Of a stretch of DNA of 64,000 nt, positions 7,176-16,523 are shown piece by piece. A model generated the notes under the pieces. That model was not told where the DNA came from and made no database searches. It worked only from the letters and a program-made list of their open reading frames with translations. Source of the DNA: Candidatus Actinomarinales bacterium (GTDB taxonomy: Bacteria; Actinomycetota; Acidimicrobiia; Actinomarinales; Actinomarinaceae); contig SGYR01000002.1 in NCBI GenBank assembly GCA_004213405.1, forward strand, positions 2,133 through 66,132, written 5' to 3'. Both the position numbers and the translations under genes were made by a program. Every line of letters begins with the position of its first letter. Positions within the stretch are counted from its first letter, which is position 1.

Positions 7176-9479
7176 CTAGAGTCCCTTTTCAAATTCATCT
7201 TCAAAAGAAACTCTTTTTCTGTTTGAAGACTTTCCACCGTTATCTGATTTTTTATCTCTACCATTTCTATTACCATTTCTAGATCTGGAAGGTTTTCTAT
7301 CACGGGAATTTTTTGAATCTCCGCCTTCTGCTTCTTCTGGGATTTCTAAATCTTCAACTGGTGAAAGACTTACTTTTCCATTTTCAATTGAATCTACATT
7401 GACTTTAATTTTGTCTCCAACTGATACAACTGCTTCAGTATTATTTACTCTTTTAGATGAGTGAAATTTTGATACATGCAATAATCCATCTCTACCTGGA
7501 AGAATATTTATAAAAGCTCCATACGTTGCAACACTTACAACTTCTCCATCGTATTGTGCCCCAACTTCCGCTTCAGGTGGATCGATTATTAACATAACCA
7601 TTTCTTTACCTGCTGCTATTGCTTCTTCTTCAGTTGACCCAAGTGTTAAAATACCATCATCGTCAATTTCGACAGAACATCCAGTTTCTTCTTCGATTTT
7701 TTTGATATTTTTACCTTTTGGACCAATGACTTCACCAATTTTATCTTTAGGTAATTCTATAGTTTCAAGTCTTGGTGCATTACCAGATAGACTTTCTGCT
7801 GGTTGAGCAATAGTGTCTTCCATAATGTCTAGTATGTGATGTCTTGCATCCATAGCTTGATTTAAGGCTTTTCTTAATACATCAGCAGGAAGACCTTCTA
7901 TTTTCATATCTAGTTGTAATGCAGTTATGACATTTCTTGTTCCAGCAACTTTAAAATCCATATCACCTAGAGCATCTTCAGCACCCAAGATATCTGTGAG
8001 AGTAACATAGGTATCGTCTTTAGAAATAAGCCCCATAGCGATACCTGCAACATGTTCTCTTATAGGAACACCCGCAGCCATTAATGACAAACTGGATGCA
8101 CATACTGAAGCCTGAGAAGTGGATCCATTTGAAGAAATAGCTTCACTTACGACTCTGATAGTGTATGGAAAGTCAATTTTTGGAGGAATAACAGGTACCA
8201 ATGCTTTTTCAGCCAAAGCACCGTGACCAATTTCTCTTCTCTTTGGTCCTCTCATTGGATAAGCTTCTCCTGTAGAATATGGAGGGAAGTTATAATGATG
8301 CATATATCTTTTTGATGTGACTGTATCAATAGTATCTAGCATCTGTTCAAGCCTTGACATACCTAAAGTTGTAACATTCAAAACCTGTGTTTCTCCTCTT
8401 AAAAATAATGAAGAACCATGAACAGTTGGAAGTAAGTTTATCTCAGCAGATATATTTCTAATATCAGTTGGTGTTCGTCCATCTAATCTAGCACCCCCGC
8501 TTAAAACTCTATCTCTAACTGTATTTTTAACAATCGACTTGAAAGCTAATTTAATTGCTTTAGTATTGTCATCTTCTTCATCTAAGAATTTCTCAACAGC
8601 TTGCTCTTCAAGCGAACTTTGCTTTTCACTTCTTTCAGATCTATCTGTTATAGCCATTGCTGCTTCAACATCGGAACCAAATGCTTCACTAATTTGTGAC
8701 TTTAGCTCTTCTGGGTAGTCTTCAACAATAGGCCAGTCAATCTCAGGTACATCTCTTTTAGCAACTAATTCTTTTTGAGCTTCTAATAATTTTGAAATAA
8801 ATTCTTTGGACATATCAATTCCATCAGCAACAATATTTTCAGATGGTGCAGCACTACCTTCATCAATTTTATTAAAAGCATTGTCTGTTGCTCCAGCTTC
8901 AACCATTACAATATCTATTTCACCTTTAGGATTAAGACTTCCTGCAACAACCATATCAAAAACTGATTCTTCTAATTCAGTATTTGTAGCTTGCACTACC
9001 CAGTTGTCATTAATTAAAGACATTCTCACAGCACCTACAGCAGACTCAAGTGGAACCCCCGCTAATTGAAGACCTAATGATGCAGCATTTAGAGCTAAAA
9101 TATCATATTCATTTTCGTTATCAACACTTAAAACAGTAGCAATAATTTGTGTCTCACATCTAAAACCATCTTTAAAAGAAGGTCGCAGTGGTCTATCAAT
9201 TAATCGACAAGCTAATATAGCTTTTTCCGTTTGCCTACCTTCTCTTCTGAAAAATCCTCCAGGAATTTTTCCAGCGGAATACATTCTCTCTTCTACATCC
9301 ACTGTTAAAGGGAAAAAATCAATGCCATCCCTTACACTTTTGTTAGAAACTGTTGTCACTAAAACTGTTGTATCACCTGAAGTAACAACCACAGAACCAG
9401 GTGCTTGTAGAGCTAATTTACCTGTTTCAAATCCAATTTCTGCATTACCAATATTTACTTTTACATTATCAATCGACAT
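7176..9479 (-). CDS. pnp: polyribonucleotide nucleotidyltransferase (PNPase)
   Basis: Two RNase PH domains (GRQTEKAILACRLIDRPLRP; REIGHGALAEKAL), a KH domain (IGEVIGPKGKNIKKI) and an S1 domain (GAFINILPGRDGLLHVS), plus an Arg/Lys/Asn-rich C-terminal tail. Confidence 0.97.
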   Translation of the reverse strand: MSIDNVKVNIGNAEIGFETGKLALQAPGSVVVTSGDTTVLVTTVSNKSVRDGIDFFPLTVDVEERMYSAGKIPGGFFRREGRQTEKAILACRLIDRPLRPSFKDGFRCETQIIATVLSVDNENEYDILALNAASLGLQLAGVPLESAVGAVRMSLINDNWVVQATNTELEESVFDMVVAGSLNPKGEIDIVMVEAGATDNAFNKIDEGSAAPSENIVADGIDMSKEFISKLLEAQKELVAKRDVPEIDWPIVEDYPEELKSQISEAFGSDVEAAMAITDRSERSEKQSSLEEQAVEKFLDEEDDNTKAIKLAFKSIVKNTVRDRVLSGGARLDGRTPTDIRNISAEINLLPTVHGSSLFLRGETQVLNVTTLGMSRLEQMLDTIDTVTSKRYMHHYNFPPYSTGEAYPMRGPKRREIGHGALAEKALVPVIPPKIDFPYTIRVVSEAISSNGSTSQASVCASSLSLMAAGVPIREHVAGIAMGLISKDDTYVTLTDILGAEDALGDMDFKVAGTRNVITALQLDMKIEGLPADVLRKALNQAMDARHHILDIMEDTIAQPAESLSGNAPRLETIELPKDKIGEVIGPKGKNIKKIEEETGCSVEIDDDGILTLGSTEEEAIAAGKEMVMLIIDPPEAEVGAQYDGEVVSVATYGAFINILPGRDGLLHVSKFHSSKRVNNTEAVVSVGDKIKVNVDSIENGKVSLSPVEDLEIPEEAEGGDSKNSRDRKPSRSRNGNRNGRDKKSDNGGKSSNRKRVSFEDEFEKGL

Positions 9480-9493
9480 ATAACCTCTTTCGT

Positions 9494-9551
9494 GACCAAG
9501 GTTATTAATTGTCAGCTTTCAACAAAAGCTCTCAATTAACAACGCAAGGTC
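9494..9551 (-). promoter_or_regulatory. long imperfect hairpin between rpsO and pnp (rpsO terminator / pnp leader processing stem)
   Basis: Read directly: GACC(9494-97)/GGTC(9548-51), ATTAATTG(9504-11)/CAATTAA(9533-39) and AGCTTT(9514-19)/AAAGCT(9525-30), with loop CAACA. An AAGAGG SD and the pnp ATG follow on the minus strand. An RNase III-cleaved stem in this position is the classical pnp autoregulation element. Confidence 0.45.
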
Positions 9552-9558
9552 AAATTTA

Positions 9559-9816
9559 TTATCTTCTTAAGCCAAGTTTATCTAAAAGATCACGATATCT
9601 TTGAACATCTTGATTCTGAAGGTACTGAAGTAATCTTTTTCTTTTACCAACAAGCATTAATAATCCTCTTCTTGTGTGGTGGTCTTTTCTATGTGTTTTC
9701 AAATGATCTGTTAAATGATCGATTCTATTACTCAATAAAGCAACCTGAACTTCAGCAGAACCAGTATCTGAATCGGATTTACCGTATTCTTTTATAATTT
9801 CTTGCTTTGTTTTCAT
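9559..9816 (-). CDS. rpsO: 30S ribosomal protein S15
   Basis: [48 protein letters not shown] is the S15 signature. Confidence 0.97.
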   Translation of the reverse strand: MKTKQEIIKEYGKSDSDTGSAEVQVALLSNRIDHLTDHLKTHRKDHHTRRGLLMLVGKRKRLLQYLQNQDVQRYRDLLDKLGLRR

Positions 9817-9858
9817 TCGAGATAATAATAGTAGCTGCTATATCTAATGTGAGATTAT

Positions 9859-10752
9859 TTAATTTTTATTAATATCTTCAATATCTTTAGATATTTGCTG
9901 AATTAATTCATCAATACTTGAGAATTTTTTTTCATCTCTTATAAATTTTTTAAAATGTACTGTTAAATCAGCGTCGTAAATATCGTCTTTAAAATCAAAA
10001 ATATGTACTTCTAAACTTTGCTTGTTCCCTTCAGATACCGTAGGTTTATATCCGATATTCATAATTCCTTTGTAAAGGTATTCATTTAAGAGCACGTCTA
10101 CTTTGTATACTCCATTTTTGGGTATTTGAATACTCTTATCAATGTTCAAATTTGCAGTAGGAAATCCAATCTGAGAACCTCTTTGATCACCTTTAATAAC
10201 AGTTCCGGTTAAAGAATATTCATAACCCAAAGCTTCCCTAGCGTGTTCAACAAGACCTTCGCTTAAAAATGACCTAATTAATGTTGAAGATATTTTTTCA
10301 TTGTTGTGTTCATAATCTTCAATAGTATGCACAGAATATTCACCAAAATATTTTTTTAAGTAATCTACGTCACCCTCACGGTTTGTACCAAATTTAAAAT
10401 CATTACCTACATAAATATTTTTAGCTTTCATATTGTTTTTTAACATCTCACAAAAAGTTTTAGGTGAAAACTTCATTACATGTTCAAAATTAATAAATAC
10501 TAAATTACTAGGTTCAAATTTTTTGAATAATTCAATCTTCTCATTATTAGTAGTAAGTAACTTATGTTCATTATTGAAGTATTTTTTTGGAAGTATATCA
10601 AAAGTAACTATTTGAAATGAATTACTTGATTCTTTTGTAAATTTTAAAAGTTCCTGATGGCCTAAATGTACCCCATCAAATCCACCAATACATACAGCTG
10701 GAATATCATCATCAATATAATTATCGGAAGTAAAATTTTCATATATTCTCAT
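9859..10752 (-). CDS. ribF: bifunctional riboflavin kinase / FMN adenylyltransferase
   Basis: IGGFDGVHLGHQ (FAD synthetase), GDQRGSQIGFPTANL and LEVHIFDF (riboflavin kinase). Confidence 0.93.
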   Translation of the reverse strand: MRIYENFTSDNYIDDDIPAVCIGGFDGVHLGHQELLKFTKESSNSFQIVTFDILPKKYFNNEHKLLTTNNEKIELFKKFEPSNLVFINFEHVMKFSPKTFCEMLKNNMKAKNIYVGNDFKFGTNREGDVDYLKKYFGEYSVHTIEDYEHNNEKISSTLIRSFLSEGLVEHAREALGYEYSLTGTVIKGDQRGSQIGFPTANLNIDKSIQIPKNGVYKVDVLLNEYLYKGIMNIGYKPTVSEGNKQSLEVHIFDFKDDIYDADLTVHFKKFIRDEKKFSSIDELIQQISKDIEDINKN

Positions 10753-11630
10753 AAGAGTACTTTTTCTGGTTTGTAATATTTCTCATTAAAAGGTTTATAA
10801 ATTGCCACAATATTGTTCTCGATAGATATTATATAATTTTCTTCATTCGAAAACATAGTTCTAGGTAGAAGTTGACCATTCTTAATAATTTCATACATTT
10901 CTACATCTAATTCAATTTTTGGTAGATTTATAACTTCTACCCAATCTAATGATATTATTTTTGAGTTGTAATCTAAAGCTTCAACATTTGTATTTAGACT
11001 TTTATGATTAATATTTATATTACCTACGGCTGTCCTTGTAAGAGTATCTACTATTGCATAAGTATTCACATACTCACCTAATTGTTGAACAATGCTTCTT
11101 ATATATGTTCCCTTGCTAACAGTTATCTCAAAAGTAACTTTATTATCCATTACTTCTAACAATTCAGTACTTTCTACAAATATTTTTCTTTCAGGAATTT
11201 CTACATCTTGATTTTGACGTGCATATTTATATAATCGTTTTCCTTTTACTTTAATTGCTGAATAAATTGGTGGAGTCTGGGTAGACTCGCCAACTAGCTT
11301 AGTAAGAAATTCTTGTATTTGAGGTTTTAACTGAACTGCACTTATATCATCATGTTTAGTAATTTCTGAGTCCACATCAAGAGTTGGGGAAGAGTAACCT
11401 AATATTGCTATTACTTTATAAGTTTTATTTGTGTTATCGATGTAATCAAATAATTTTGTATATCCATTAGTAGCAAGAAGCATTAAACCATCAGCATTTG
11501 GATCTAAAGTGCCTGAATGACCTACTTTTTTAAATTTAAAATTTTTTTTTAATTTAGTACACAGATCTTGAGAGGTCCAAGTTTTTGGTTTGTCTAGTAG
11601 ATAAAAGTTAGATTTGTGACTTAATTGCAT
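10749..11630 (-). CDS. truB: tRNA pseudouridine(55) synthase
   Basis: KVGHSGTLDPNADGLMLLATN (catalytic Asp motif), PPIYSAIKVKGKRLY and GTYIRS. Confidence 0.93.
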   Translation of the reverse strand: MQLSHKSNFYLLDKPKTWTSQDLCTKLKKNFKFKKVGHSGTLDPNADGLMLLATNGYTKLFDYIDNTNKTYKVIAILGYSSPTLDVDSEITKHDDISAVQLKPQIQEFLTKLVGESTQTPPIYSAIKVKGKRLYKYARQNQDVEIPERKIFVESTELLEVMDNKVTFEITVSKGTYIRSIVQQLGEYVNTYAIVDTLTRTAVGNININHKSLNTNVEALDYNSKIISLDWVEVINLPKIELDVEMYEIIKNGQLLPRTMFSNEENYIISIENNIVAIYKPFNEKYYKPEKVLL

Positions 11631-12549
11631 TCTTAACTTTATTTTTTATTTCTTCCATACTTAAATTTGTAGAAAATCCAGACGCTGCTTTATGTCCACC
11701 GCCACCAAATATAGAAGCAATCTGCTGAACATCTAATTCATTGCGAGACCTTAAACTGCCTTTAAATGATTTATCTTGCTGTTCTTTTAACAATAACGCC
11801 ACACTTGATTCTTTTACCAATCTAATAGAATCAATTAAAAAATCTGTTTCAGAAGATTCAATGTTGTAATTGAGATAATCTTCTTGTAAAACATACGAAA
11901 CGACTAATTCTTCTTTTTCATGTAATTCAATTCTGTTTAACACTTCACTTTGTAGCTTGATTGCATTCATAGGAATAGAACCGTAAATGTTATCACTAAT
12001 ACTTGTAAGCTCGGCACCACTTAACATTAGTTTTGATGCGATTTCAAATACTTCATTATCTGTATTTGAATATTGAAATCTACCTGTATCAGTGATTAAT
12101 CCTGTCATAAGACAATTGGCGATATTTTTATCGATTTCAATATTTGCAGAAAGAATTTCTCTGAACAGTACTTGTGTAGTGCTAGCCGCGTTTGAATCAA
12201 TAATCTGAATATCACCAAAAGAAGGATCGATATGGTGATCTACTACAACTACTCTTTTTGAATTTAATGCTAATTCTTCTAAATCACCAAGTCTTTCTGA
12301 GTTTCCACAATCAAAAACATATACACTGTCATAATTATCCTTTGGGTTATCCATAATTAATTCAATAGGTAAATGATTTAAATTAGAGGGGACGTTACCT
12401 TTCATGTCAAAAGATACGTCGGAATCTATGCCTTTGCTGTCCAATATTAATTTAAATGCTAAGGCAGAACCTAAAGCATCGCCGTCAGGGTTTATATGAC
12501 CTGTTATTAAATTAGAAGAATCTTTAATATCTTCAAAAAGTTTACTCAT
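11608..12549 (-). CDS. nrnA: DHH-family phosphoesterase (NrnA-type oligoribonuclease / pAp phosphatase)
   Basis: HINPDGDALGS, VVVDHH, DTGRF and GGGGHKAASG are the DHH/DHHA1 motifs. It sits in the conserved rbfA-truB position. Confidence 0.82.
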   Translation of the reverse strand: MSKLFEDIKDSSNLITGHINPDGDALGSALAFKLILDSKGIDSDVSFDMKGNVPSNLNHLPIELIMDNPKDNYDSVYVFDCGNSERLGDLEELALNSKRVVVVDHHIDPSFGDIQIIDSNAASTTQVLFREILSANIEIDKNIANCLMTGLITDTGRFQYSNTDNEVFEIASKLMLSGAELTSISDNIYGSIPMNAIKLQSEVLNRIELHEKEELVVSYVLQEDYLNYNIESSETDFLIDSIRLVKESSVALLLKEQQDKSFKGSLRSRNELDVQQIASIFGGGGHKAASGFSTNLSMEEIKNKVKNAIKSQI

Positions 12550-12892
12550 TCTCTGTAGTCCTATCTATCAGTTCGTTGATTCTTAGAACATTATTAAATG
12601 TGCTATCTACTTCAAAAATAATTTTTGGAACATTTTTTGTTGTCATTTCTCTTGCTAAAATTTTTTGAATTTTTGTTCTATTTTTCTCAAGTGCTGTTTT
12701 TAAAGAGCCTTCATTACCATCGAGTGTTGAAACAAAAACCATTGATTTCTTTAGATCTGGTGAAGTAGAAACATGAGTAATAGTTGCTTTGTTTAGGACT
12801 GGATCAGAATTTCTTAAAAGTGCGCTTGAGATAATTTTTTGAATGAGAGGATTTATTCTATTTATTCTTCCACCACGTGTTTGATTACTCAT
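12542..12892 (-). CDS. rbfA: ribosome-binding factor A
   Basis: 116 aa in the infB-rbfA position, with an RbfA KH-like pattern (ITHVSTSPDLKKSMVFVS...P.I.F..D). Confidence 0.9.
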   Translation of the reverse strand: MSNQTRGGRINRINPLIQKIISSALLRNSDPVLNKATITHVSTSPDLKKSMVFVSTLDGNEGSLKTALEKNRTKIQKILAREMTTKNVPKIIFEVDSTFNNVLRINELIDRTTENE

Positions 12893-12901
12893 TATTTGTT
12901 T

Positions 12902-14911
12902 CTAAACTTCTACTTCTCCAAGTATCTCTATTGTGTCGCCTTCTTTAATATCTTTATAGTCTGATAGACCAATACCGCATTCTAGACCTTCGTTAACCAC
13001 TTCAACATTGTCTTTAAATCTCCTTAATGAAACTATTGTGCCTTCATAAATTACTACTCCATCTCTGAGTAGTCGTGCCTTTGCGTCGAGCTCTACTTTA
13101 CCTTCAGAAACTATAGAACCTGCAACCACACCAACCTTTGGTGCACGGAATGTAGTTTTAACTTCAACCATCCCAATAATTGCTTCTTCAGTTTTTATAG
13201 TCATTTGTCCAAGTACCGCTTCAGAAATATCGTCTAGCAATTCATAAATAATATTGTATGTTCTCACGTCAATACCTTTACTTTGAGCCATGTTTCTTGC
13301 CTGACTATCAGGTCTAACATTGAAACCAATAATAAGTGATTCTGTGGCACTGGCTAAATCAACATCAGATAATACAATTCCTCCCACTGCTGAATGAACA
13401 ACTTGGATATTCACATCATCTGTCGCTAATTTGTTAATGCCATCTTTAATTGCTTCAACAGAACCGTTGGTGTCAGCTTTTAAAATTACATTTACTGTAT
13501 TTAACTCACCTTCTTGTAAAAGTTTCATCATGTCACTAACTCGTGACTCAACTGAAAATGATGAGTTGTCATGCTCTTTTAATTTAGTTTTATTTTCCTC
13601 TGCTTTTGCCTTAGCTTCTTTTTGATTTTTAACAGCAACAAATTGATCACCAGCAGTTGGTGATTCATCCCAGCCTATAATATCTATCGGAGAACCTGGC
13701 TCTACAGACTTTACCGTTTTATTATTGTGATCAAACATTGATTTCACTCTACAAAATGCCTGACCAGCATAAAGAAAATCACCTTGTTTTAGAGTACCCC
13801 TTGTTACTATTACTGTAGCTACATTACCTCTACCAACTTCCATTCGTGATTCAACAATATACCCAGATGCATTTGTATTAAAATTCGCTTTTAGTTCTTC
13901 TATTTCTGCTACGAGTGCAAGTGTTTCCAGCAAATCATCAACTCCATCACCTTTAAGTGCAGAAACTTCAACTACAGGTGTGTCTCCACCTAAGTCTTCA
14001 GAAATTACTTCATATTTTGTAAGCTCAGCTTTAATCATAGAAGGATTAGCTTCAGGTAGATCACACTTATTTATGGCTACAACAATAGGTACTTCTGCAG
14101 CTTTTGAGTGGTTGATCGCTTCAATTGTTTGAGGCATTACTCCATCATCAGCAGCTACTACTAAGACAACTATATCAGTGACATTTGCACCTCTGGCTCT
14201 CATTTGTGTAAATGCTTCGTGACCAGGTGTATCAATAAAAGTAATTCCTGACTCTCCAGTATCTACTTTGTAAGCTCCAACGTGTTGTGTTATACCACCA
14301 GCCTCACCGTCTGCTACTTTTTCATTTCTTATATAATCCAACAAGCTAGTTTTACCATGGTCCACATGACCCATAACTGTAATTATTGGTGCTCTTAAAT
14401 TTAATTTATCTGGATCGTCTTCAAAATCTTGAAATTCAATAATGTCTTCTCTTGAAATTGTTACTTCATCTATCAAATCAGGAATTAGATTGTACTTCTC
14501 AAAAAGTTTTTCTATATCACTATCATCTAATGGTGTATCTATAGCTTTCATTATTCCTAGACCCATTAAATCACCAACAATTTGTGTTGCTTCAACTTCT
14601 ATAAGTGAGCTAATTTTTTCTGGTGATGAATTTCTGGAAACTTCAATAATCTGTACATCATCTTCGACAACTTCTTCAGATTCAGCTACTGGTTCATCCT
14701 GAATAGCTTCTTCTTGTTCAGAAACTTCCTCAGATTCAACTTCAGGTTCATCTTCTGGCATCAAAGCTAATTTAACTAATTCTTCTTCCTCTTCGGTTAA
14801 TCCAGATGAAGCAGTTTTTACTTCTATACCAAGCTCTTTTGCTTGATGTAGAATGTCAGCTGATGCTAAATCAAGTTCTTTTGCGATTTGATGAATTCGC
14901 TTTTTAGCCAT
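12902..14911 (-). CDS. infB: translation initiation factor IF-2
   Basis: RAPIITVMGHVDHGKTSLLD, DTPGHEAF, NKCD and C-terminal domain motifs, with an acidic N-terminal region. Confidence 0.97.
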   Translation of the reverse strand: MAKKRIHQIAKELDLASADILHQAKELGIEVKTASSGLTEEEEELVKLALMPEDEPEVESEEVSEQEEAIQDEPVAESEEVVEDDVQIIEVSRNSSPEKISSLIEVEATQIVGDLMGLGIMKAIDTPLDDSDIEKLFEKYNLIPDLIDEVTISREDIIEFQDFEDDPDKLNLRAPIITVMGHVDHGKTSLLDYIRNEKVADGEAGGITQHVGAYKVDTGESGITFIDTPGHEAFTQMRARGANVTDIVVLVVAADDGVMPQTIEAINHSKAAEVPIVVAINKCDLPEANPSMIKAELTKYEVISEDLGGDTPVVEVSALKGDGVDDLLETLALVAEIEELKANFNTNASGYIVESRMEVGRGNVATVIVTRGTLKQGDFLYAGQAFCRVKSMFDHNNKTVKSVEPGSPIDIIGWDESPTAGDQFVAVKNQKEAKAKAEENKTKLKEHDNSSFSVESRVSDMMKLLQEGELNTVNVILKADTNGSVEAIKDGINKLATDDVNIQVVHSAVGGIVLSDVDLASATESLIIGFNVRPDSQARNMAQSKGIDVRTYNIIYELLDDISEAVLGQMTIKTEEAIIGMVEVKTTFRAPKVGVVAGSIVSEGKVELDAKARLLRDGVVIYEGTIVSLRRFKDNVEVVNEGLECGIGLSDYKDIKEGDTIEILGEVEV

Positions 14912-15946
14912 TTACTCTTCCTCTTTTGACGCACTCTCATCTTCGTCAGATTCCTCTATTTGTGGAGAGTCTCCTAGTCCTTCTATGTCTATTTTATACC
15001 CAGTTAATTTTGCAGCTAATCGAGCATTTTGGCCTTCTTTCCCTATAGCTAAGGAAAGTTGACTATCTTTTACAACTACTCTTGCTGTTTTTAAATCTTC
15101 ATCAATTTCAACTTCGTCAATATCAGCAGGCCCGAGAGCTTCTTTGATGAACCTTACTTTGTCTTCTCTCCATTCAACAACATCAAGTTTTTCTCCTCGT
15201 AGTTCATTAACTATCTGCCTTACACGATTACCTCTAGAACCAACACATGCACCCTTTGGATCTACATTAGGATCGTTGGAGAAAACTGCAATCTTAGTTC
15301 TACTCCCAGCTTCTCTTGCTATTGCTCTAAGTTCAACAGTACCATCAGTTAATTCTGGAACCTCTAATTCGAGCATTCTTTCGACAAATTCAGCTTTACT
15401 CCTGCTAACGATAATTGGAATACCCTTAGCGTCTTCCCTTACTTCAGTTATTAAAGCTTTTACTCTATTTCCTCTTTCGAGACGCTCGAATGGTACTCTT
15501 TCACCAGATGGAATAACAGCTTCTGCGTCTTGTAAGTCCAAAATTGTTTGATTAAATCTAGGATCGAATTGAGTTACTATTCCAGTAATAAGTTCACCTT
15601 CTCTGCCGATATATGCATCTAAAACAGTAGCTCTTTTTGCATCACGTATTTTTGTAGTCATCATTTGCTTGAAAGATTGTGCAGCTATTCTTCCAAATTC
15701 ATCTTCATCAAGCTCTACTTTCCACTCTTCAATAACGTTTCCTTCATTATCTAATTCTTGAGCGTAAATTAATACTTCACCACTATCTGGATTTAATGTT
15801 ACTCTTGCTTCTTCTGCCGCCCCAGGAATCCTCATATATGCAGATCTAAAAGCAGACACTAAAGCTTCATACATACTTTCTACAGCGACACCCTTATCCA
15901 GTGCTAAAGATTCAATTGCTTGTTTGCTATCACTTCCTAATTTCAT
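14912..15946 (-). CDS. nusA: transcription termination/antitermination factor NusA
   Basis: S1 domain plus two KH domains (GACVGSRGNRVRQIVNEL; AIGKEGQNARLAAKLTG). It directly abuts infB. Confidence 0.97.
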   Translation of the reverse strand: MKLGSDSKQAIESLALDKGVAVESMYEALVSAFRSAYMRIPGAAEEARVTLNPDSGEVLIYAQELDNEGNVIEEWKVELDEDEFGRIAAQSFKQMMTTKIRDAKRATVLDAYIGREGELITGIVTQFDPRFNQTILDLQDAEAVIPSGERVPFERLERGNRVKALITEVREDAKGIPIIVSRSKAEFVERMLELEVPELTDGTVELRAIAREAGSRTKIAVFSNDPNVDPKGACVGSRGNRVRQIVNELRGEKLDVVEWREDKVRFIKEALGPADIDEVEIDEDLKTARVVVKDSQLSLAIGKEGQNARLAAKLTGYKIDIEGLGDSPQIEESDEDESASKEEE

Positions 15947-15948
15947 AA

Positions 15949-16422
15949 TTATCCCTTTACTCTTTCTTTAAATTGTTTAAATTCTATTTTTGCGTTCTTA
16001 ATGTTTGAAAAACTAATTTCAATTTCAGTTAACTCTGTTTTTAATACTATATTTTCTTCTCCAACTGAAACAAGGTCCCCTTCAAATGTATATACATCAT
16101 TTATCGGATCAAATAATTTAACTTTTATTAACTCTCCTATTGAAAGTTCAAAATGCCTAAAGGATTTAAGTTTTCTTTCAATACCTGGACTTGAAACAAT
16201 CATATCGAATGAGCCTTTTTCAAAACCTAGATCTTCAACTAATCTGTTTAATTGTTTATTTAATCTTGTAGTGATGTCGATATTTACATCTTCAACGGAA
16301 TATATAAATACTTCAATTTTTGAAATATTTGGAAAATTGACAATGTTAAGATCATAAAGTTCTAAATTTTCATCTTTTAAATATGAGTCAATTTGTTGTT
16401 GGATTTCGTTTTCAGATACCAT
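15949..16422 (-). CDS. rimP: ribosome maturation factor RimP
   Basis: In the conserved position upstream of nusA, with SSPGIERKL (RimP motif). I trimmed the start to ATG 16422-16420 (MVSENE...), which is preceded by AGGAGG. The track's upstream extension overlaps a terminator hairpin. Confidence 0.85.
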   Translation of the reverse strand: MVSENEIQQQIDSYLKDENLELYDLNIVNFPNISKIEVFIYSVEDVNIDITTRLNKQLNRLVEDLGFEKGSFDMIVSSPGIERKLKSFRHFELSIGELIKVKLFDPINDVYTFEGDLVSVGEENIVLKTELTEIEISFSNIKNAKIEFKQFKERVKG

Positions 16423-16436
16423 AAAAACCTCCTCAT

Positions 16437-16461
16437 AAAAAAAAGCGGGTTTGACACCCAC
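16437..16461 (-). terminator. rho-independent terminator after proS
   Basis: Minus-strand read GUGGGU-GUCAA-ACCCGC (6-bp stem including one G-U pair) is followed immediately by eight U, then AGGAGG and the rimP ATG. Confidence 0.6.
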
Positions 16462-16523
16462 TTTACGTAGCTAAATTGTCAATCTAAATTATATCAAATA
16501 TAGAAAGTTATTAAAAGAGATTT

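Noticed and set aside
7259-7282. Tandem 12-nt direct repeat (TACCATTTCTAT/TACCATTTCTAG) near the 3' end of pnp.
   Set aside because: It encodes the RNGNRNG repeat of the basic C-terminal tail. It is ordinary low-complexity coding sequence, not a regulatory or mobile repeat.
16423-16461. 13-codon N-terminal extension of rimP in the track (MGVKPAFFYEEVF...).
   Set aside because: It is translated from the terminator stem and U-tract of proS and from the AGGAGG SD. The ATG at 16422 with that SD is the credible start.
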